Source: Alphaproteobacteria bacterium (lineage in GTDB: Bacteria; Pseudomonadota; Alphaproteobacteria; MPNO01; UBA2964). Taken from it: DNA of 64,000 nt. This document shows, piece after piece, positions 31,482 to 41,165 of the stretch. Each line of letters begins with the position of its first letter. The first letter of the stretch is position 1. The position numbers and the translations under genes were made by a program. The notes below the pieces were generated by a model. That model searched no databases, was not told the DNA's origin, and was given only the letters and a program-made list of their open reading frames with translations. The DNA lies in NCBI GenBank assembly GCA_049602055.1, contig JBMYRG010000003.1, positions 112,495 through 176,494 on the forward strand. The letters are read 5' to 3'.

Positions 31482-32669
31482 ATGAGCGAAAATCGACGCG
31501 CCCTTCCGATTCGTACGCTGATCGCAGGGCTCTCCCTGCAAATCTGCTTAGCGCTTGTTCTTTTAAAGGTACCACTCGCCCGTGAAGGTTTCCTGGCGCT
31601 AAACGGCATTGTCACCGCCCTACAACAAGCAACACAGGAAGGTACTTCGTTTCTGCTCGGCTACCTTGGCGGCGGCAAACTTCCGTTTGAGGTAAAGCCT
31701 GGAAGTAGCGCGTTTATACTGGCTTTTCAGGCCTTGCCTCTGGTTCTTGTCATTAGTGCCCTTTCGGCATTGCTGTATTACTGGCGAATTCTGCCCGCAA
31801 TCGTTCGCGGCTTCGCCTGGTGTCTGAGAAAGACGCTCGGCGTTGGTGGCACCGCCGGTGTCAGTACAGCTGCCAACGTATTTGTCGGGATGGTGGAAGC
31901 GCCTCTATTGGTTCGACCATATCTCGCTAAGGCAACACGTAGCGATCTGTTCGTCATAATGGTTGCCGGCACGGCGACCATCGCAGGAACCGTTATGGTT
32001 CTATACGCAACTTTTTTGAACGGCGTTATTCCCGACCCAATCGGCCACTTACTCACGGCTTCCATCCTAAACGCGCCGGCTGCCATCGTCATTGCGCGGT
32101 TGATGATACCGCCAGCAACGACCGAAGAAGAAACGTCGATTAGGCTTGAGAGCCAGTATCAAAGCTCTATGGATGCCGTCACCAAAGGAACGCTCGACGG
32201 GCTGACATTACTCCTCAATATCTGCGCGATGCTTATTGTTGTCGTTGCGTTGGTCGCCTTGGTCAATGCTGGTCTCGGATTACTGCCGCATTGGGGCGGC
32301 AGTGCGATAACCTTACAGGGCCTGTTTGGATATCTCATGGCACCGATCGCCTGGCTGATCGGCATTCCCTGGGCGGAAGCCGGGACGGCCGGTAGCCTGC
32401 TGGGGACCAAGATCGTGTTGAACGAGTTCCTCGCTTACCTTGGCATGGCCCAAACCCCAAATTCCGATCTCAGCGACCATAGCAAGCTGATCATGACCTA
32501 TGCCTTATGTGGCTTCGCAAACTTTCAAAGCCTCGGCATCATGATCGGGGGATTGGGGGCAATGGCTCCCGAAAGACGAAGCGAAATCATTGGGCTTGGT
32601 ATGCGCTCAATCGTGGCCGGCGTCATGGCCACCTGCATGACAGCCGCTTTGGTCGGTATAATTTTCTAA
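31482..32669 (+). CDS. concentrative nucleoside transporter (NupC / CNT family). The real start is probably upstream, near 31434.
   Basis: 395 aa from the first ATG. NupC-family core is present. The in-frame upstream stretch IQAILGIFVLLFCAWF encodes the expected TM1. There is no ATG/GTG/TTG in that stretch. An ATA codon lies 8 nt downstream of an AGGAG SD. Confidence 0.75.
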   Translation: MSENRRALPIRTLIAGLSLQICLALVLLKVPLAREGFLALNGIVTALQQATQEGTSFLLGYLGGGKLPFEVKPGSSAFILAFQALPLVLVISALSALLYYWRILPAIVRGFAWCLRKTLGVGGTAGVSTAANVFVGMVEAPLLVRPYLAKATRSDLFVIMVAGTATIAGTVMVLYATFLNGVIPDPIGHLLTASILNAPAAIVIARLMIPPATTEEETSIRLESQYQSSMDAVTKGTLDGLTLLLNICAMLIVVVALVALVNAGLGLLPHWGGSAITLQGLFGYLMAPIAWLIGIPWAEAGTAGSLLGTKIVLNEFLAYLGMAQTPNSDLSDHSKLIMTYALCGFANFQSLGIMIGGLGAMAPERRSEIIGLGMRSIVAGVMATCMTAALVGIIF

Positions 32670-32670
32670 C

Positions 32671-33321
32671 TTAAATATCCGTCCACATGCGCAAGAGATT
32701 CGCATGTGTTTTAACCAGAAGCGGAATTGTTTCTACATCATTGAGCTGATCAATCGCTGTTCTGAGATCATGTAAAACGGCTCGCTGATCAGCACTTCGA
32801 ACCGCACTTTGAATCCAGGTTACAGCCGCCAAACGCTCCCCACGTGTCACCGGAGATACCCGATGAAACATCCCTGTTGGATAAACAACCGCATGACCAG
32901 GCGGCAACTTCACGATTTGTTCGCCAGCGCCGCTTTCAAGCGTCAGAGCGCCACCGTCATAGCTATCAGGGTTATTGAGGAAAACTGTAATCGAAATATC
33001 GACCCGCATATTTCCCATAATTGCCGCATCTACATGATTGCCATACGTCATGCCATCGCTATAGCGGCTTAGCGTCGGTGGAAAAATCACCTTGGGCAAT
33101 GCAACACTCTGAAATAACGGGTTACGTTGCAACGCGACCCCAAGAATTTGATGCACTTCCTGCTGACCAGGTGAGCCAGCCTTCATCTGTAGATTATTTT
33201 TGATGTTGTGGATGTGTTTTCCCGCCGTCGTAGTACCACTTTCATATTCCACGTTCTTGGAAAGAGCTCGCAATCGTGCCGTTTCTTCCGGTGTCAGTAA
33301 CTCGGGAATGCAGGTAATCAT
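32671..33321 (-). CDS. Fe(II)/2-oxoglutarate-dependent PKHD-type hydroxylase (YbiX/PiuC-like)
   Basis: 216 aa. HxD…H facial triad (HVDAA…H near MFHRVSPVTRGERL), Arg for 2OG binding. Confidence 0.75.
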   Translation of the reverse strand: MITCIPELLTPEETARLRALSKNVEYESGTTTAGKHIHNIKNNLQMKAGSPGQQEVHQILGVALQRNPLFQSVALPKVIFPPTLSRYSDGMTYGNHVDAAIMGNMRVDISITVFLNNPDSYDGGALTLESGAGEQIVKLPPGHAVVYPTGMFHRVSPVTRGERLAAVTWIQSAVRSADQRAVLHDLRTAIDQLNDVETIPLLVKTHANLLRMWTDI

Positions 33322-33346
33322 TTTACGTATCCCGTCCCTATCATGA

Positions 33347-33940
33347 TTAAATAACCCGGCGAGCCTTTATTGCGGCCGACAATGTCCCGTCATCAAGATA
33401 ATCCAGTTCACCACCAACTGGTACGCCATGCGCGAGACGAGAAATTTTAACGTCACAATCGGCCAGCCGTTCGGCGACATAATGTGCCGTCGTCTGTCCA
33501 TCGACAGTTGCGGATGTCGCAAGAATTATTTCAGAAACATTATCTGACTCAGCGCGGGCTACCAGCCCAGCAATTGCAAGGTCTTCCGGCCCAATACCAT
33601 CCAAGGCCGACAAGGTGCCTCCCAGCACGTGATAGAGGCCACTAAACGATGCCGTCCGCTCCAGCGCCCACAGGTCTGCGACATCTTCGACGACACAGAT
33701 AACGGATACATCGCGTCTTGTATTCACACAGACTGAACAGGGGTCAGTGACATCAATATTACCGCATATATCACAGCTTTTCATTGCTTCGGCGGCATCG
33801 CTCAGGGCCTGTGCCAAAGGTAACATCAGGCTCTCCCGGCGTTTGATCAGGAACAAAACCGCTCGACGTGCCGATCGCGGGCCGAGGCCTGGCAAACGTG
33901 CAAAATGCTGTATTAATTGATCAATGGCGGTGACAGCCAT
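33347..33940 (-). CDS. recR: recombination protein RecR
   Basis: 197 aa. HhH, C4 zinc finger ([16 protein letters not shown]), Toprim domain. Confidence 0.9.
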   Translation of the reverse strand: MAVTAIDQLIQHFARLPGLGPRSARRAVLFLIKRRESLMLPLAQALSDAAEAMKSCDICGNIDVTDPCSVCVNTRRDVSVICVVEDVADLWALERTASFSGLYHVLGGTLSALDGIGPEDLAIAGLVARAESDNVSEIILATSATVDGQTTAHYVAERLADCDVKISRLAHGVPVGGELDYLDDGTLSAAIKARRVI

Positions 33941-33979
33941 TAATGGGTTTTCCTCGCGTTAGAATACGTCATAGCAAAA

Positions 33980-34303
33980 TCAAATCGGAAGGTTCATACC
34001 CGGAGGCAGGTTAAGACCACCTGTGATCTTGGACATTTCCTCGGCAACACGAACCTCCAGTTTTCCTTTCGCATCAGAAAAAGCAGCAACGATCAGATCC
34101 TCAACAACCTCTGCATCATTTGAATTGAAAAGCGTTGGGTCGATATGCAGACCAAGCATTTCGCCTTTGCCATTTAGGCGCACCGTCACCATACCACCCC
34201 CGGAGGCGCCGGAAATTTCCAGCTCAACAAGCTTTTCCTGCATTTCCTGCATTTTGGTCTGCATTTCCTGGGCCTGCTTCATCATCTGGCCAAGATTCTT
34301 CAT
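33980..34303 (-). CDS. ybaB: nucleoid-associated protein YbaB/EbfC
   Basis: 107 aa, conserved YbaB fold, between dnaX and recR. Confidence 0.9.
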   Translation of the reverse strand: MKNLGQMMKQAQEMQTKMQEMQEKLVELEISGASGGGMVTVRLNGKGEMLGLHIDPTLFNSNDAEVVEDLIVAAFSDAKGKLEVRVAEEMSKITGGLNLPPGMNLPI

Positions 34304-36120
34304 GAGTCTGCCTTTTCAGTTACGGTGTCATCATCTGTATCATCTTCTTCGACCGAGTCAGGAAATTCTTCGGGGACCCGTTCGATAACGGCTTCAACTG
34401 TCGCACCAGGAAACGCCTCGAGAGCTGCCTGCACCAACGGATGACTGGTTGCCCTACCCCGCCGCGCCGCTTCCTTGGCGTCCAACTGTTCGCGGATTGT
34501 TGGCTCACCTGCTTCTTCTGAAAGGCTGACAAGCCATTGATCACCGGTCCATTCGTTCAAAAACTTACTAACCCGTGTCGCGAGGTCAGAAGGCGCAGCC
34601 GGTTCCGTTCTCAGCGCGATGTGCCCTGGCTCAAATCTCACGAGATGGACATGATTGACCAACGTCGCATGCAAAATTCCTTCGCGGCATTCTTCAAACA
34701 TCGCAACAATCTGCTCAAAGCTTTGGAATCTGGTACTCTGCTCGTACACTACAGGGGCTTGTTGCGTTTCCTGTATGGGGGGGAGCGGCTCCGGATCTTC
34801 CATCGGTGTCTGTTGCGGCATCGCATCGTGCCCCCTCATGCCACCAGCCATACGCGCTCCCCCATCGTCCTGTGAAGCATTTGATGGTGAAAGTGATGGC
34901 GCTGACGTTGACGGTGCTGTCGCGGGACTCGTTGGATTATCTTTTAAGGTGCGTACCAAATCTGCCGGGCTTGGCATATCGGACATATAGGCCAGCCGGA
35001 TCAGTACCATTTCCGCGGCCTGCGCGGATGACGGCAGACTTTGGACCTCACTTAACCCTTTGAGCAGCAATTGCCAGGTCCGGCCTAACACCGGAACGGA
35101 CAGCGTCTCGGCGAGCGACAGACCGCGCTGGCGGTCCATCTGCGAAATACCCTGACCTTCGGCGGCGGAAGGCGATAATTTAATCCGGGTGAGCCAATGG
35201 GTCAGCTGCAGGAGATCCTGTAAAACAATCGCTGGATCGGCACCTGCATCATAAAGCTGATTAAATATATTCAGCGCTTCATCGACGGTCCCCTGCATCG
35301 CCGCGGCGAAAAGGTCGTAAATCAGACCTCCATCTGCCAGGCCAAGCATTTCGCGGACAGCTTCCTCGGAAACTTCGTCACCGTCAGCATTTCCAGCATG
35401 GGCGATAGCCTGATCAAGTAACGACAAGCCATCACGCACCGAGCCATCTGCGGCGCGGGCGATCAACCCCATCGCCCCTTCCGCAACCGTCGCCGACTCT
35501 TGCTTTGAAACAGAGTTAAAATGAGCAATCAAGGTTTCTGCATCGACACGCCTCAGATCAAACCGTTGACATCGAGACAAGACTGTGACCGGGACTTTTC
35601 GGGTTTCTGTCGTCGCAAAGATGAATTTCACATGCTCTGGGGGTTCCTCCAGCGTCTTCAAAAGCGCATTGAAAGCGCTTGAAGACAGCATATGCACCTC
35701 ATCGATAATATATATCTTGAAACGGGCATCTAGCGGCCGATAGCGGACACCGTCAATAAGCTCCCTAATATCATTGACCCCCGTCCGACTGGCGGCATCC
35801 ATCTCAATAACATCTACATGCCGATCTTCGGTAATCGCCAGACAATGAGCGCAGACGCCACACGATTCCGGGGTGGGCCCACCATTTCCTTCCGCGCCGA
35901 TGCAATTGAGCGCGCGTGCGATGATCCGGGCCGTACTAGTTTTGCCGACACCACGAACACCCGTCAGAATAAACGCATGAGGTAATCGATCTGCGTGAAT
36001 GGCATTGGTCAGCGTCCGCACCATCGCATCCTGACCAATTAACTCGGCAAAGGTCCGGGGCCGGTACTTCCGGGCGAGAACGCGATACGGCTGAGGAGAC
36101 GGTGTATCGTCGGTTGCCAC
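34300..36120 (-). CDS. dnaX: DNA polymerase III subunits gamma and tau
   Basis: 606 aa. Walker [10 protein letters not shown], zinc module CxxC…CxxC, DEVH Walker B, C-terminal tau domains. Confidence 0.9.
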   Translation of the reverse strand: MATDDTPSPQPYRVLARKYRPRTFAELIGQDAMVRTLTNAIHADRLPHAFILTGVRGVGKTSTARIIARALNCIGAEGNGGPTPESCGVCAHCLAITEDRHVDVIEMDAASRTGVNDIRELIDGVRYRPLDARFKIYIIDEVHMLSSSAFNALLKTLEEPPEHVKFIFATTETRKVPVTVLSRCQRFDLRRVDAETLIAHFNSVSKQESATVAEGAMGLIARAADGSVRDGLSLLDQAIAHAGNADGDEVSEEAVREMLGLADGGLIYDLFAAAMQGTVDEALNIFNQLYDAGADPAIVLQDLLQLTHWLTRIKLSPSAAEGQGISQMDRQRGLSLAETLSVPVLGRTWQLLLKGLSEVQSLPSSAQAAEMVLIRLAYMSDMPSPADLVRTLKDNPTSPATAPSTSAPSLSPSNASQDDGGARMAGGMRGHDAMPQQTPMEDPEPLPPIQETQQAPVVYEQSTRFQSFEQIVAMFEECREGILHATLVNHVHLVRFEPGHIALRTEPAAPSDLATRVSKFLNEWTGDQWLVSLSEEAGEPTIREQLDAKEAARRGRATSHPLVQAALEAFPGATVEAVIERVPEEFPDSVEEDDTDDDTVTEKADS

Positions 36121-36177
36121 GTTGCTTGGTCCCTGTCTGGCCTGTGCGCTATTGCTGATACCCCCAATAGGGGAAAT

Positions 36178-36283
36178 CCGGTGGGAGGCTGGACTGACGA
36201 CCCGAGAAAGACTCGTTACGGCTGCTTCCTTCCGGACCTGACCGGGTTAGCGAGGATCTCGTCCATCGCCAACCTCCCACCGA
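36178..36283 (-). ncRNA. ffs: signal recognition particle RNA (4.5S, ffs)
   Basis: Minus-strand sequence GGTGGGAGGTTGG…CCGGTCAGGTCCGGAAGGAAGCAGCCGTAACGAG…CCAGCCTCCCACC. It contains the universally conserved domain IV motif and closes with complementary 5' and 3' ends. Located upstream of dnaX, as is common. Ends are within about 3 nt. Confidence 0.7.
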
Positions 36284-36374
36284 TACTATATCAGGAATCT
36301 TCACGCGGCCCCAAGACGCTAAACGCTTTTCATGCAACATTGCGTCGATACGTCCTCTATGCGAGGCTATAATC

Positions 36375-37295
36375 ATGAAATCACCAAATTTTTATGGCGA
36401 AACCGGCCTTAATCGCATGGCGGAGCGCCGCTCCGATTCGACCTGGCTGCAAACACTTGCTGCAAATCAGGATGCAATCATTGTCCCGATATGGCGAACC
36501 CGCAATTTGATCGCCCAAAACACCGAGACTCCGGAGGCAATTCACCTCTCAGTTGGAACCGCTCGCGATCTTTTGGGTGAAAATACGCACCTGATTTTTC
36601 TCGGATATCGCAACGACGTGCCGCATTTCGCTGTCGACATATCCCATATAGACGAGCCGCACGAACACCCGGTGCTGAAAGAAACCGGCGAATTCACAGA
36701 CATTCGTGATATCAGTTTGAATCTACCGCGTGAAGATGGCGGATTGCTTGCCTATTCCCGTGCTATCGCTCAATGGCACAAAACCCACAGGTTCTGTGGT
36801 CGCTGTGGCCACCCATCGGAGCCTAAAGATGGCGGCCATATGAGGCTGTGCACTAATCCAAACTGCAACACTCAACATTTTCCGCGGACCGATATGGCCG
36901 TGATCATGCTTGTCAGCTCAGGAGACAAGATCATTCTTGGCCGTAAGAAGGAATGGCCCGAAGACCGCTTCTCAATCCTCGCCGGGTTTGTCGAACCGGG
37001 AGAGACCATAGAAGGGGCCGTCGCCCGTGAAGTGATGGAAGAGGTCGGCATTCCTATCACCAACATTCGCTATCATTCATCCCAGCCATGGCCGTTTCCG
37101 TCCAACCTGATGCTCGGCTTTTTCGCCGAGGCAGAAAGCGAAACCATCAATATTACGGATGACGAATTGGCAGAAGCTCGCTGGTTTACCCGTGACGAGT
37201 TGCTTGATGAAGCAAAAGCCTATGCCGAAAAACCACACTCGGTCTCCATCGCACGGCGATTAATTGCCGAATGGGCGTTGGGTATCGAGCCTTAA
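36375..37295 (+). CDS. nudC: NAD(+) diphosphatase (NudC, Nudix with zinc ribbon)
   Basis: 306 aa. CGRCG…C…C zinc ribbon followed by the Nudix box (GFVEPGETIEGAVAREVMEEVGI). Confidence 0.8.
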   Translation: MKSPNFYGETGLNRMAERRSDSTWLQTLAANQDAIIVPIWRTRNLIAQNTETPEAIHLSVGTARDLLGENTHLIFLGYRNDVPHFAVDISHIDEPHEHPVLKETGEFTDIRDISLNLPREDGGLLAYSRAIAQWHKTHRFCGRCGHPSEPKDGGHMRLCTNPNCNTQHFPRTDMAVIMLVSSGDKIILGRKKEWPEDRFSILAGFVEPGETIEGAVAREVMEEVGIPITNIRYHSSQPWPFPSNLMLGFFAEAESETINITDDELAEARWFTRDELLDEAKAYAEKPHSVSIARRLIAEWALGIEP

Positions 37296-37314
37296 TCGCC
37301 CGTCAGACACGAAT

Positions 37315-38172
37315 TTAATTGTGTTCGCGGTAGGATTCCGCTCGATAGGTTCCGAGAATTCGAACTTCATTTGAGAAGAACTTAAGCTCTTCTAGGGCGA
37401 GTTTCAGATTCTCATCATTCGGATGGCCTTCAACATCGGCATAGAATTGCGTCGCCTTAAAGCTGCCTTTGATCATGTAGCTTTCGAGCTTGGTAATGTT
37501 GACGCCATTGGTCGCGAAGCCCCCCAGAGATTTAAAAAGCGCCGCCGGTACATTCCGAACCCGAAAAACAAAGCTGGTAACCAGTGGCCCCGATCCGCGA
37601 CGCTGTTTTTGCGGTCGACGCGACAAAACAACAAAGCGCGTCGTATTATGATCCGCATCTTCAATATTGGCCCGCAGAGATTTCAATCCGTAAATTTCAC
37701 CGGCAAGCTTTGAGGCGATTGCTGCTTCACTTTTATTACCATGCTCTGACAGCTCCTTTGCGGCGCCCGCCGTATCGGCATGAACAATGGCATCCAACTT
37801 TAATTTTTGAATCATCGCACGGCATTGTGCCAATGCATGCACATGACTACGCACAACGCGGATTGACTTAAGCGTCGCCCCCTTAGGCACGAGAAGATGA
37901 TGATTCACACGCATGAAATGCTCACGCACGATAAACAACCCGGAATCCGGCATTAATCGATGGATATCCGCCACACGGCCAGCGACAGAATTTTCTATCG
38001 GTGTCATGGCGTATTTGGCCCGACCCTTTTCAACAGCTGCAAACATATCCTCAAAAGTCTGCGCCGGCAGGACATTCATTTCAGGGTAAACCTGCTGGCA
38101 GGCGAGGTGCGAATACGCGCCCGGCAGACCCTGAAACACAATGGTGTTCGATGGATTTTTTGAAATTCCCAT
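37315..38172 (-). CDS. pheA: prephenate dehydratase
   Basis: 285 aa. PDT domain (VFQGLPGAYSHLA…TRF) and C-terminal ACT domain. Confidence 0.85.
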   Translation of the reverse strand: MGISKNPSNTIVFQGLPGAYSHLACQQVYPEMNVLPAQTFEDMFAAVEKGRAKYAMTPIENSVAGRVADIHRLMPDSGLFIVREHFMRVNHHLLVPKGATLKSIRVVRSHVHALAQCRAMIQKLKLDAIVHADTAGAAKELSEHGNKSEAAIASKLAGEIYGLKSLRANIEDADHNTTRFVVLSRRPQKQRRGSGPLVTSFVFRVRNVPAALFKSLGGFATNGVNITKLESYMIKGSFKATQFYADVEGHPNDENLKLALEELKFFSNEVRILGTYRAESYREHN

Positions 38173-38194
38173 AATTCAAATTGCCTCGTGGGGG

Positions 38195-38926
38195 CTAGTT
38201 CTCCAATATTTTTCGGGCACGTTCTAAATCGGCGGGAGTATCAACACCGTCCGGGATAGTGTCAACGAGAGCAACATCAACGCGCATCCCTGCTTCCAAC
38301 GCGCGGAGTTGCTCAAGCTTTTCGCGTTTTTCCAAAACACTCTCGGGCAAATCTACAAACCGCCGCAATGCCTCACGCCGAAAAGCGTAAATACCGATGT
38401 GGTGATAGTGCGCCCCCGCCCCTGTTGGAACTGTCGCCCGGCTAAAATATAGCGCCTGCCCAACTGTTTCGCCTTTAGCTAACCCGACCACTGCCTTTAC
38501 TGCATTTGGATCATACCGTTCTGCCTCATCGGAGATTTCGGTCACCAGAGTCGCAACATCTACCGACGAATCACCCAAGGGCTTCAACACAGCATCGATA
38601 ACGGTCGGGTCTATCGTTGGAAGATCACCTTGCAAATTAACGACCACATCAAATTCCGCCGCTGGGTCAAACGATTCGAGAGCCGCATAAACCCGATCAG
38701 AGCCACTTGGTAGCTCGGGATCTGTCATGACCGCCCTACCCCCTGCTGCCATGACGGTATCAACAATCTTTTGATCACCGCAGGCGACCAACACGGGACC
38801 TACCTTTGCGGCTTCGGCTCGTCGAAGAACATGCACGATCATCGGCAGACCCGCTATGTCAGCGAGAGGCTTATCCGGTAAACGCGTAGAAGCGAGACGG
38901 GCAGGAATTACAATTATCGGCTTCAC
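38195..38926 (-). CDS. kdsB: 3-deoxy-manno-octulosonate cytidylyltransferase
   Basis: 243 aa, VIPARLASTRLPDKPL N-terminal motif of CMP-Kdo synthetase. Confidence 0.85.
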   Translation of the reverse strand: MKPIIVIPARLASTRLPDKPLADIAGLPMIVHVLRRAEAAKVGPVLVACGDQKIVDTVMAAGGRAVMTDPELPSGSDRVYAALESFDPAAEFDVVVNLQGDLPTIDPTVIDAVLKPLGDSSVDVATLVTEISDEAERYDPNAVKAVVGLAKGETVGQALYFSRATVPTGAGAHYHHIGIYAFRREALRRFVDLPESVLEKREKLEQLRALEAGMRVDVALVDTIPDGVDTPADLERARKILEN

Positions 38927-39120
38927 AAAATAGCTTTCGGTTGGTGTTTCTGACTGGTAGAGCTATGCCTGTTTACCGTGTCACAGGTGTGTGCGGCAAC
39001 ATGCCACGTCGCCAAAAGGTGCCATACAAACGGAATATTAGGCATATTTTACTGTACTGAATAAACTATCGGGTCCTAATTAAGGGCTCAGAGAGTTTCC
39101 TGACCCGCTGAGGTTCCAAC

Positions 39121-39642
39121 ATGTCCTCATTTGAGATTAATAAAATCGCCGGCGCCATTCTTACGGTCGCCCTTGTCGCAATGGTCATCGGTATTATCGG
39201 TGATGCCTTGGTCAAACCTAAAGATCACAAAAGCTCCATTGTCGTTGCGGACGCCCCAGCACCGGTGAAAAAAGAGGAAAAGAAGTTGGAGCCGATTGGT
39301 CCTCTCCTCGCGAGCGCTGATGTTGAAAAGGGCAAGAAAGTCGCCAATCTATGCAAGGCCTGCCACACCTTTGACAAGGGTGGTAAACACAAGATCGGCC
39401 CCGCATTGTGGGAGACAGTAGGTCGCGAAATGGGTGGCAGTGCCGACTTTAAATATTCTTCCGGCATGATGAAAATGAAGGCGAGTTGGGGCTATGAAGA
39501 ACTCAACAAGTTCCTTTTAAAACCGCGAACATACGTCAAAGGGACGAAAATGGCCTTCGTCGGCATCAAAAAGGCCAAGGATCGCGCCAATTTAATCGCT
39601 TATCTCCGGTCCTTGAGCGACTCGCCAAAGCCGCTACCTTAA
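39121..39642 (+). CDS. membrane-anchored c-type cytochrome (cytochrome c552/CycM-like)
   Basis: 173 aa. N-terminal TM anchor, single CKACH heme-binding motif, conserved Met ligand region. Confidence 0.8.
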   Translation: MSSFEINKIAGAILTVALVAMVIGIIGDALVKPKDHKSSIVVADAPAPVKKEEKKLEPIGPLLASADVEKGKKVANLCKACHTFDKGGKHKIGPALWETVGREMGGSADFKYSSGMMKMKASWGYEELNKFLLKPRTYVKGTKMAFVGIKKAKDRANLIAYLRSLSDSPKPLP

Positions 39643-39737
39643 CCTAGATCGCGGGTTGTGCCGATATCGAAACGGTAAGGTTCTGTTAACCATATAACCC
39701 CTAAAGTTATCCACATATTAAATAGGGATAAATTTAT

Positions 39738-40217
39738 ATGCTCGATGCAGCGACGCCCTCACAAATTACTATTTCCGAATTCGAGTTTGATGAAAGACGC
39801 GTGATAGGACGTGCTTTGCGCCGCTGGGATCAAATTCGTGAAAATGCCCATTTTCCTGACCTTGAGCGTTGTTTGTCCGCCTTTAACGAGGGCATGAGTA
39901 ATTACGTTGTCGTCAATGCCATTGGTTCCGGTGAGGAGGATGACCGTATCGTTCAATGTGGTACCGAGTTTCGCAACGCTTTGGCCCGTGACCCGGTCGG
40001 CTCTCCCGTTAGAACGATTATGCCTTCAACAATTGAACGCGGGCTCGTTTTTTGGCGGGTGGCCGCAGAAATGAAAAAACCCATCGCCGATGTTGGCGAA
40101 TGCACCAATGCCAGCGGAGAAGAGATTCTTTACCGCAGTGTTTTTCTGCCTGTTGGAGATGATTCTAGCACGGTGACGCACCTAATTGGTGCCTTTAGCT
40201 ATAAAACAAGACACTGA
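39738..40217 (+). CDS. hypothetical protein (possible small PAS-like fold)
   Basis: 159 aa soluble protein, no clear motif. Assignment is tentative. Confidence 0.35.
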   Translation: MLDAATPSQITISEFEFDERRVIGRALRRWDQIRENAHFPDLERCLSAFNEGMSNYVVVNAIGSGEEDDRIVQCGTEFRNALARDPVGSPVRTIMPSTIERGLVFWRVAAEMKKPIADVGECTNASGEEILYRSVFLPVGDDSSTVTHLIGAFSYKTRH

Positions 40218-40373
40218 CGCCTAAACGACGTCTCGAGTATCACTATAGATAATGGCTGACTTCTGAAAAGCCGATTGATATTGCCCCGCCTAAGCAAGTA
40301 ATTAAGGGTACTCTTTAAAAAGTGATGTTAAAGACGTCTTTCCTTCCTTCAGGTTTATGGTCAGACTCATATT

Positions 40374-41153
40374 ATGGTTAACAAGTGCCCTCAGCAATTT
40401 GTCGATTTCGCTGGTTCCCTTGCCGATGCTTCGGGGCCCATTCTGAGTCGTCATTTTCGAACATCTCTGCCGGTCGACACGAAACCCGACCAGACGCCTG
40501 TCAGTATCGCTGATCGTGATGCTGAACAGATAATGCGCACGCGCATTTCCGAACGATATCCGGATCACGGTATCGTAGGAGAGGAATATGGAAATGATCG
40601 CACTGATGCCGAATATGTCTGGGTTCTTGATCCGATCGATGGCACCAAAGCCTATTTAGCGGGCAAACCCCTCTTTGGAACCCTAATCGCCCTTCTCCAA
40701 GGTGGCATCCCAATCTTAGGGGTAATTGACCAGCCTATTTTGGGGGAACGGTGGCTCGGTGCCTCAGGACGGCAAACGACGTTTAACGGCACCGACGTTA
40801 CAACACGCGAGTGTCCCTGCCTTGAAAATGCGACGTTAAATGCCACATCACCAGATTTGTTTGAAGACACAGACAACAGCCGATTTATGGAATTGTCAGA
40901 GACGGTAAAAATGACAATTTATGGAGGCGATTGTTATGCCTACGGATTGCTGGCGAGCGGTCACATTGATCTGGTCGTAGAGGCTGACTTAAAACCTTAC
41001 GATTTCTTTGCACTTGTTCCGGTAGTCTCGGGTGCGGGCGGCAGAATGACTGACTGGCAGGGAAAAACACTCACTATGGAATCAGATGGACGTATCATTG
41101 CAACGGGTGACGCCACAATTTTGCCGCAGGTAACCGGTATTCTAAACGCATAG
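40374..41153 (+). CDS. inositol monophosphatase family protein (possibly histidinol-phosphatase HisN)
   Basis: 259 aa. IMPase motifs (EE…G, WVLDPIDGTKAY, GGDCYAY). Confidence 0.75.
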   Translation: MVNKCPQQFVDFAGSLADASGPILSRHFRTSLPVDTKPDQTPVSIADRDAEQIMRTRISERYPDHGIVGEEYGNDRTDAEYVWVLDPIDGTKAYLAGKPLFGTLIALLQGGIPILGVIDQPILGERWLGASGRQTTFNGTDVTTRECPCLENATLNATSPDLFEDTDNSRFMELSETVKMTIYGGDCYAYGLLASGHIDLVVEADLKPYDFFALVPVVSGAGGRMTDWQGKTLTMESDGRIIATGDATILPQVTGILNA

Positions 41154-41165
41154 GCGAGGGAAATT

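Noticed and set aside
36149-36376. 75-aa and 63-aa ORFs on opposite strands
   Set aside because: They overlap the SRP RNA gene and have no SD or coding features.
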